From: the human T2T-CHM13v2.0 reference genome, Homo sapiens
Assembly: GCF_009914755.1 (NCBI RefSeq)
Contig: NC_060941.1
DNA length: 64,000 bases
Direction: 5' to 3' (one strand)
This document shows positions 54,931-64,000 of this stretch, one piece after another. The position numbers and the translations under genes are program-made. Every line of letters starts with the position of its first letter. Position 1 is the first letter of the stretch. The notes beneath the pieces are model-generated. The model was given only the letters and a program-made list of their open reading frames with translations, was not told where the DNA came from and searched no databases.

Positions 54931-55279
<349 letters not shown>

Positions 55280-55509
55280 TCAAAAGTCTTTAAAAACACA
55301 TGTCGATTTGAAAAATATAATCAGCTGCTATTTTTTCCAAGATGTCACACTGACCCACCATCAAACTGTCGGCACAGCTTGGTACACTTGTTCCCTACGC
55401 AGAGTCACAATCAGCCTTTTGTATTCTCTGGTGTTTGTTGTCTGATTGCAATTCTGAATTGGGGTGACCATCAAAACTGGGTGCCTACACAGGAGGCATC
55501 TCAATGTAT

Positions 55510-55690
55510 TAGAGAGGGGCCAGTCTTTGGAACAGACAGACCTGGGTTCAAATTCTGATAACCATCACCTATAAGCTGGGAGATTTGGATAAATGCTCAC
55601 CTTCCCCCAGCCCCTGTTTTCTTTGTCTTTCAGATAGAAATCATGATACCAACCACATAGAGCATTAAATGAGATTATGGGTGCACAGGG
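55510..55690 (+). mobile_element. MIR
   Basis: cagacagacctgggttcaaattctg. Confidence 0.65.
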
Positions 55691-56242
55691 CCTGGTCCCA
55701 GGGGGCCCACTGCCCAGGTGGCTTTTCCCAACCACAAATTATGAATCATGTTGGACTTGAAGGGGAAAAGTTCAAATTGATCAATAGCGATGTCAGGGGC
55801 AAACAGTCCGAGTCAGATAAGCAAACAGAAACAGGTTGTTTTTGGAATAATTGGATGCCCTGTCTTTGTTTGCAGAGCAGCGTGTGCACCATGGATGTTT
55901 AAGGAAGCTTATTGCCAGCAATGTCCAGATGACTGGTGAGCCACAGCAAGAGAGGGGCCTGGCTGCGGGAGGGATCCAGAAAGCAGGGAGCTGATGGAGG
56001 TTTAGGATTAGGACCTGAGGAAGGGATGCTAGGGCAAGGATGCGGGAGGTAGCAGTGGCCTGAACCCTCCTACACTCTGGCCACAGACTTGATGTGGCAG
56101 GAGTAGTTGGGTGGGCATTTTTCCGCCTGGCAGCAGAGGTCGCTTTCTGTCCTCTCCCCACACCATACATCACACTTTCCAACTCCACCATACTCAACCC
56201 CCTAAGAAGAAGAAAGAGGAAATGAGCTCCACAACACAGGTC

Positions 56243-56624
56243 TGTTACGGACTGAATATGTGTGTCCCCTCAAAATGCATATATTGAAGCCCTAACACTC
56301 CAGTGGGATGGTATTTAGATGTGGGGACTTTGGGAAGTGATTAGGGTTAGATGAGGTCACAGGGTAAGGCCCCTATGATGGAATGAATGGCCTTATAAGA
56401 AGAGGAAGGAAAAGACTAGAGAGCATGCATGCGCTGTCAGTCTCTCTCCCTCCCTCCTTGCCACGGGAGGACACAGCAAGAAGGTGGCCATCTGCAAGCC
56501 AGGAAGAGAGGCCTCACCAGGACCCACATCAGCTGGCACCTTGATCTTGGACTTCCAGCTTCTAGAACTGTAAGAAATAAACGTCTATGGCATTCTGTTA
56601 TGGAAGCCCAAGCTGACTGAGACT
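56243..56624 (+). mobile_element. MLT1A0-like LTR
   Basis: tgttacggactgaat...gaggacacagcaagaaggtggccatctgcaagccaggaagagaggcctcacc. Confidence 0.9.
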
Positions 56625-57942
56625 GCAGCCCTGCCTTTCCTTTTAGGGTACCCAAAATGGAGTCCTGTGGCCAACACAAGCCGTGTGCCTCATCTCTTGC
56701 CATGTTCCAGTAGGGGGATATAGCTGTGGCCAAGACAAGTGGGGAGGTATCTGGGGTGCTCACAGGCAGGGCCTGGAGAGGAGCCCTCTTCTGGGCAACT
56801 TACACAGGACTCTGAGATACTCCTCAGCATCTCCCCTCCTTGGTGCTAGGCATGGTGTCTTGCACACAGTGGGAGCTTTATATGTGTTTGGTGAGACATT
56901 GATTAAAAATAATAGACAGCGAATACACGCAGATGTGGAGAGAGACGGAACCAGCAGTTGCTAGATTGGAGGAAAGAGTGTATTCCCGCCTCAGCCCCGC
57001 CCTGTCCACAGCTATGAATTAATCTGCGGTGGGGAGCGGGATTCCTTCATTAAAATCTCCAAAAAGGGAGTCATATTAACAGCCAGGCACACCGTTCTTT
57101 TCCCTCAAGGTAAGAAGATTCATGGCTCAAACTTACATTTTATCACGCACAACCGAATAAAAATGATCGATTTCCCTGCCCGCCTTACAGCATCCTTCCA
57201 CAGTTATTAAAGTCTCTAAAAATGTTTTCCTTAAAAAAAAAAGGTTAAAAGAAAGAGAGGTGCAGAGAGTGCAAACCAAGAAGAAGCTGGGAAATGCTGC
57301 CTAGCTGAGGGCTATCCATCTTGTCAGCTGCAGACCACATAACCTTGATGTCACTATATTTTCTGCTCATATCCAAATTTACAATTTGCCAGCCAAGGAT
57401 ATGGAAATGCCAAACCTCCCCCTTGGAGGTGGATGCTGGAAGGTTCTTAAAGAGCCTGAGAGAGAGGAGCATCCTAGCTCTGAAAACTCCAAAAAGACAC
57501 TGAGCCTGCTGCTGGACTCTTAGCAATTTTCCCTGAGTTGGGAAAAACCAGCCTCCAAGGTCAAGGAGATGGATTTCAACTCCAGGGCCACACACACATT
57601 CAGCAAGAGCCCCTTTGTTCATTGAAGAACAAGCAGGTTTCCACTTTGGAGGGCCAGAAATGTACCTGTGCAAGTTAGGAAATGGGAGGGTTGGGCCACG
57701 CAACAAACAAACTCTGGTGTAAACCAGAGTGAAAGAGAAGTGTTTAACCTACAGGAAAGAGCAAACTGCATGCCAGCCCTGCAGAGCTCCGCCTTGCATG
57801 CAAACACACAAATGGGTAATTATACATCATTCATCTAGTGGGTCCCCAAGAACCTTTGGTTTGCCATTTTGGTAATTTAATTTTACTAAGTGCCAAGTAA
57901 TACAATTGTATATCACCCCATTTGTGAATTCCTTCAGGACAA

Positions 57943-58034
57943 GGATAAGATTCTCTCTCCTCTCTCTCTCTCCCCTACACACACACACACACACAGACAC
58001 ACACACACGGATAAGACTCTCTTCTCTGTCCCCT

Positions 58035-58062
<28 letters not shown>
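57943..58062. repeat. Tandem duplication of a compound microsatellite: 2 x [ggataaga-(CT)n-cccta-(CA)n]
   Basis: Units 57943-58008 and 58009-58062. Confidence 0.92.
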
Positions 58063-58065
<3 letters not shown>

Positions 58066-58099
58066 GTGCTTTCTATAGGGCTCTATTTAGGTCTATTTA

Positions 58100-58459
<360 letters not shown>

Positions 58460-58993
58460 TTACCAGGTCAGTCTGGTCTCTTTCCAAATTAGTGCTCATT
58501 AGTTAGGTCTTCCTGGACTTGTTTCTGAGTGAATCTGGACATCTGTCCTTTGCTCACACTTTGTTAACACTCAGCACTTCCATTCTAACTTCTGGAGGGT
58601 TCCCCACATTGTAGATAGGGCCCTGGGGCCCTGCAGCATAGTTGGAGGGTTGCAGCCTCCCAGGAAGGCCCCCTCCATCGCTCTAAGTTTCCCCAGCTTG
58701 TGAGAGCCTTGTATCCTTCTGGGAGTGTTTTCCTGCCGTGGCTGGAAGACAGCCATGAATCTGTCTCGGGCCATTTGACTCGGGCTCCCAATGCCAACCC
58801 TAACAGACACTTCCATCAGGCCTGACGCGTCAACGATCTATAAGCCATTAACCAGCGCTATCAGACCTCCCAGATTCAGCCTCCTCTGTGAGAACAAATA
58901 CAGAGAAGGGGGAAGGAGGGAGGAGAGAAGAGGTATAGAGAGAGAGAAGAGGAGAGAATGCCAGGTCCTCCATTTCCTATATGGATAAATGAT

Positions 58994-59265
58994 TGATGAT
59001 GATGATGATGATGATGAAGAGAGCAGCTAACAATGACAAAGCTCACTGTGTTTCAAGTACTCTTCTAAACTCATCGTATATGGTAGCTCATCTCATCCTC
59101 ACAACAACCCAAAAAGATACGTTGTTATTAGACTCACTTTGCAGGTGGGGAAATTGAGGCAGGGAGCTTTTCAGAGACTTTGTGAGGTCCCAGCACTGGT
59201 GGGTGGCAGAGCTGGGGGTTTAGCCCAGTTGCTGGGCCCCAATGTTTGTGCTCTCAGCCACTCTA
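58994..59265 (-). mobile_element. MIR with (GAT)n at its tail
   Basis: catcctcacaacaacc...ggaaattgaggc...ggtggcagagctggg. Confidence 0.75.
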
Positions 59266-59649
59266 CGCATTGCCTCCCACAGTGGTCAGGAAGTCAGAGT
59301 CAAAAGAGATGGAGAGAGTTCAGCTCAAAGCAGGCAAGAGTCCTAGTTCCCTGTGGGCGGTGGCTACACTGTGAGGACTGGCCCCCAGCTCACCAGGCAG
59401 AGGAGAGCAGCTTTCCCAGAGATTCCCTGCTCGGGCCACAGAGACAAAAATCTTCCATTCCTTCTAGAAATAACAGTGTCTAAGCTGCTTCCTCAGTCAG
59501 AGCCCCTCAGACCATTTGTCACTCCAGGTCCACAACCCCAGAGGTGGTTCTTAGTGGCCACAGCCTCAGCTGCAGCTCCCCTCACCCTGGCCAAATAAAG
59601 GGGACAGGTCTCCAAAGTCTCCTCATGTGCCAATATCCCCTTCTCACGC

Positions 59650-60212
<563 letters not shown>

Positions 60213-60814
60213 TAGAAAATTACAGACAGTCATTAGAACAGAAACATCCCTGCAGCCCCAACATCTCCTGTGTAGCACAATACATGGCAGTTAGTGACCC
60301 ACTGCCATTGGCCAGGATTGAAAAGAGTCCATGATAGGTGTAGGAGCTCCCACACCCTTGCAGGCTGGCTCCAGAGGCTTCTTCCCAAGCTCTATTCCCA
60401 AGCTTTGGGCCCCAACCTACCTCCTTTAAGGCCAACTAAATCCTCACCTCTTCCAAGAAGACTTCTTCAACTATATCCTTCCTTTCTCTCACTCCCAGCT
60501 CTGTTTAGCATTTGTCACCCAATTTAACGCTTGCTTCTGTACAATGTTGTATTGATCTTTAATCTTGTAATCCAGATCTATAGCATATAGCCTGTGCTTC
60601 TGCCTGGTGGCAACCCTGAATGAATTTAATTCTTCCAGCATTTAAGAAGCAGAATCACAGAACTGTGGAGCATTAACCCTCCTGTTACAAATGCAGAAAC
60701 AGGCTCTGAGAAGTCAAGGGGCATACCTGGCATCTCATGGCTGGTGAGCCAGACAGCTGGGGCACCCAGAGCTCAGCATCCTGACTCCCTCTGCTGCAGT
60801 GCGGGGAGCTTCCT

Positions 60815-61190
60815 GCCTTAGTCAGGGTTTTCCTAAAAACAGGCCCTCCAACAAGGATGGGAGTACTGGTGGTTTATCTGGGAGGTGGCTGCAGGAGGCA
60901 CTGTGAGGGAGGGGAGAAGTAAGAAGAGGAAAGAGGAAAGCTGATTAAAGAGGTAGGTTTCCCTTGTGCATCCTGGGGGCCCAACCCCTCCAGGCCTCCA
61001 AGAGGCTGCAGAACTCACCAGGAAGCCAGGGCATTTCTCCAGGAGCCCTTGTCCCTCAGGGTTGAGAGCCCCACTTAGGGAGTTAACTCCCAGCACTTCT
61101 AGCCTGCCCTGCAGGGCTGAGCCCCCTTCCATGGCCAAAGAACCCATAAAAGCAAAGAGCAGTGGTTGTTGGGGGTACAGAGCCTTGGCG
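60815..61190 (-). mobile_element. LTR16-like ERVL LTR
   Basis: cttagtcagggttttcc...aacaaggat...ggtttatctgggaggtg. Confidence 0.6.
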
Positions 61191-62984
61191 TGTGCATGAA
61201 TTGTCTACCGCAGCTAGGGTGTCCTCTGGGTGGGTCAAGGAATGAAGGGCAGGCCACCCACAGGGTATGCCACGTTTGGGAAACACTTGCCCATCCATGG
61301 GAGTAGACCTTGGTGCCCCAACTTTCTTTCACATCTGTTTCCGGTTCTCTTTTTGATAGGAACAAATCTCTGCTCCAAGGTGTCAGATGAAAGAATGGTG
61401 CTCCCCACCCTCTCCCCACCCCAGGGATATATATCGTCATGGGGACTTTGATGGCACATAAGGAAAAGCGCACTGTCTGATGACATGTGGCAGGTGATAT
61501 TTGGGGGTGCCACACATTCCAGCCATTCCTCCCACATGTGCAAGAAAAGGCTGCCTGACATAGTAGCCTGGCTGCTTCTGTGGGCCCCTTCTTGCTGGGC
61601 ACCTCCCATTTGCAGAGCTCCTAATGAGGGACAATGTGGGTGTCAGGACAGATAGGAGGATGAAGCAGATCCCTCCCAGCCCCCCATGCTCCTCATGGAG
61701 GGCAGATGGGGGCCTGGGAGCTGGCCAGCCCAGCAGGTATGATGGGTTTGTGCACGGGGATCTACTCGGGAGCCCAGGAGTGCCCAGTGCAGGTGGCCAT
61801 AAAGAAGAAATACAAGCAGCAGTCATCAGGTGTTTGACACAATTCCTGACATGCTTTCCCCAGACAGGGCATGCCCTGAGTTTACAAGGCAAATGCATTT
61901 ATCACTTCTGCCTCATGTCCCAGGAGCCAAGCTCACCCCTCAGCCTGGAAATCTGGGCCTCCCCATGTGGCTTGCTTCCCCAAAAGGTGCCCTGTGCCTA
62001 GCCCCTGCCCCTCTCTGCACATACATGCATGCATGCGCATGCACAAATGCACGTGTGCACAAACATACGCACATATGGAGGCACACATGGAAAGCACCTG
62101 AATAAAAGACAGCCAGCCCAAATTCCAGCCACCCCTCTGCCTGTATGTAGCTCCGAGCCCTGGGATGCGTCATGGCCCTCATGGGGCCTTATTTTTCTCC
62201 TCTGTGTCGTGATGATTCTAAAGAACCCCCAGGGATGCTCAGCTCCCTGTCCAGAGAAGTTACAGTCCCATGGATGGACAGCAGAGGCATCTGTTGGCCC
62301 TCTCCTCCAAGGAGGCATAGTCCACCTTCGGACACGACCTGCCATGGTGATAGCCCAGGCCTGCCAGGAGAAAGAAGTAGGTGTATGGGTGGTTGGTGGC
62401 ATCCTGCTTTGCCCTTTTTGCAGCAGAGATCAAGACCTTGGATTAGGTTGATCTGGTCCAGCATGGGAAGAATGTCAAACACCCCCTCACTAAAGTGACA
62501 CACCAGCCAGCAAGCCAGCCCTTTCTCCCACCTTCAACTCTGCTTGTATCAGCAGAGAGGGTCGTGTTAAAACTGGCTTTGGAATGGTGCCTGGGAAGCT
62601 GGGAGGGGCAGTTCCCCAGTGTCTCTGCCTATGACACTGTGCGGAACAGCCTCAGGATCTGGGAGGCAAGTTCTTTGCAGAAGGGCTTTTTAGCAAGGCC
62701 CTGTTCTCCACAGTCCCCAGATGGTAGGCCTAAACCAAAGGGTTTCTAGGAAACAGACCCTCATAGCTGGCCACTGGCCTATGAAGACAGAGCTCAGATG
62801 CCCAAATAAGTGGAGGACTCTTCCAGGGAGAGAGCAGTGAACTGAGCCCCCGAGAGCCCACCAGCATGGACCAGGACAGCCCACTATGGGACACACCCTC
62901 CCACAAGGTGCCATTGTTTTGCATTTGCAGGATTTGATTTTTGTTTGCTGAGATTATGGAGCCTGCATATAGTTCCTGATTTTT

Positions 62985-63115
62985 GCAAAGCACATCTCAA
63001 ACTTCTCACCTGTTAGCACTCCCCAGCATCGTGGCTGAGTGGGTGATTATCACCATACCCCAGGTGGGGAAACTGAGGCTTCAGGAGTCGAAGAGACTGA
63101 GTTAAGGGCATGCAG
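62985..63115 (-). mobile_element. MIR fragment
   Basis: caggtggggaaactgaggc. Confidence 0.55.
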
Positions 63116-64000
63116 TGAGTCATCAGCTGCCCTTTGCTTCCCACACACATTTCTCACCAAGCTCTCTGAGGCCACACTGCTTCCTGGAGTCCTGGGGCAT
63201 ATCCACTGCTTTTGCCAAGGTGGGTTGTGGCAAGCGGGTCACTGGGAATAGGAGACAGGCGTTCTCAAAGAGTATATAAAGGAAAGAAAAGAATAAAGGG
63301 GTGGGAGGGGCACATGATCCAAAATCTCCTCTGCAGCAAGCTCTTGTAACTGCATGTCCAGCGGCCCCCCCTTCCTTGCACCTTCCTTTTTTACATCAAC
63401 ATTCAATCATCTTTTCCCATTCACTTCATCTCTTCCATCTTTATCTTACGCTGCCCGTGAAAACTGGTGTGAAATAAAAAGGCAACTCTGCCTACAGATG
63501 TAATCAATTGATTTGGCAGGTAGTCCACAGACACCTAGGAAGAGGACAGCCAATTTTCAGTGGACATCCTCCCCCACTTCTTTTTCTTCCTCTACTTCCT
63601 CCCTTCCGGGCTCTCCGTCCCCCTCCTTTTATTTTTCTGTCTCCTTCCTTTTGGCCTTGCTTTGATCTTCTTGTTATTTTCTGCTTTGTATTTAATGGAA
63701 TTAGACCAGCCTATGAATTTTCCCCCGATTCTTTCTTTCTTCTTATTTTATATAACAGACAGCAGAGGGGAAGGCGTCTGTCTTGCCCGACTCTCTATCT
63801 CTGCACCATGCTGTGAGAGCTCAGTATTCCCAGGGGCCTTGTCAATCTTCCTGGGGAGGTGGGACCACGATCACCATCTTGAAGGATCCCAAACTCCTGC
63901 CCCAGATAGGAGATGGGTCCATAAAACAAATCCTAGAGTGGAACAGCTCTCCATCATCCAGGAGAGGAGAAAGTGTTCTATGAAGGAGAATTGTTTATTT

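Overview
Primate genomic DNA, very probably human: an Alu at 54931-55238 carries all six AluYg6 diagnostic bases. No protein-coding gene, structural RNA gene or CRISPR array is supportable. The long ORFs in the track are Alu-derived, low-complexity, chance GC-rich frames or decayed Tigger1 transposase. About half the window is transposon relics (Alu, L1, L2, MIR, MaLR/ERVL LTRs, Tigger, hAT MITEs), including a nested, mostly plus-strand L1 block at about 30.9-48.5 kb. The unique DNA holds an orphan CpG island (about 20.4-21.7 kb) flanked by two outward-facing GTAAGT splice donors, several well-formed candidate non-coding exons, and patches rich in homeodomain and POU motifs. This suggests a developmental regulatory or lncRNA region. 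The structure least explained by these features is five local 'copy-from-nearby' duplications: direct 157 bp and about 150 bp copies, a 41 bp Alu fragment flanked by 14 bp direct repeats, a fold-back hairpin, and a 215 bp inverted copy. They look like template-switch repair scars. I found no convincing new gene system. Repeat subfamily names are from memory of consensus sequences, and old-repeat boundaries are approximate.
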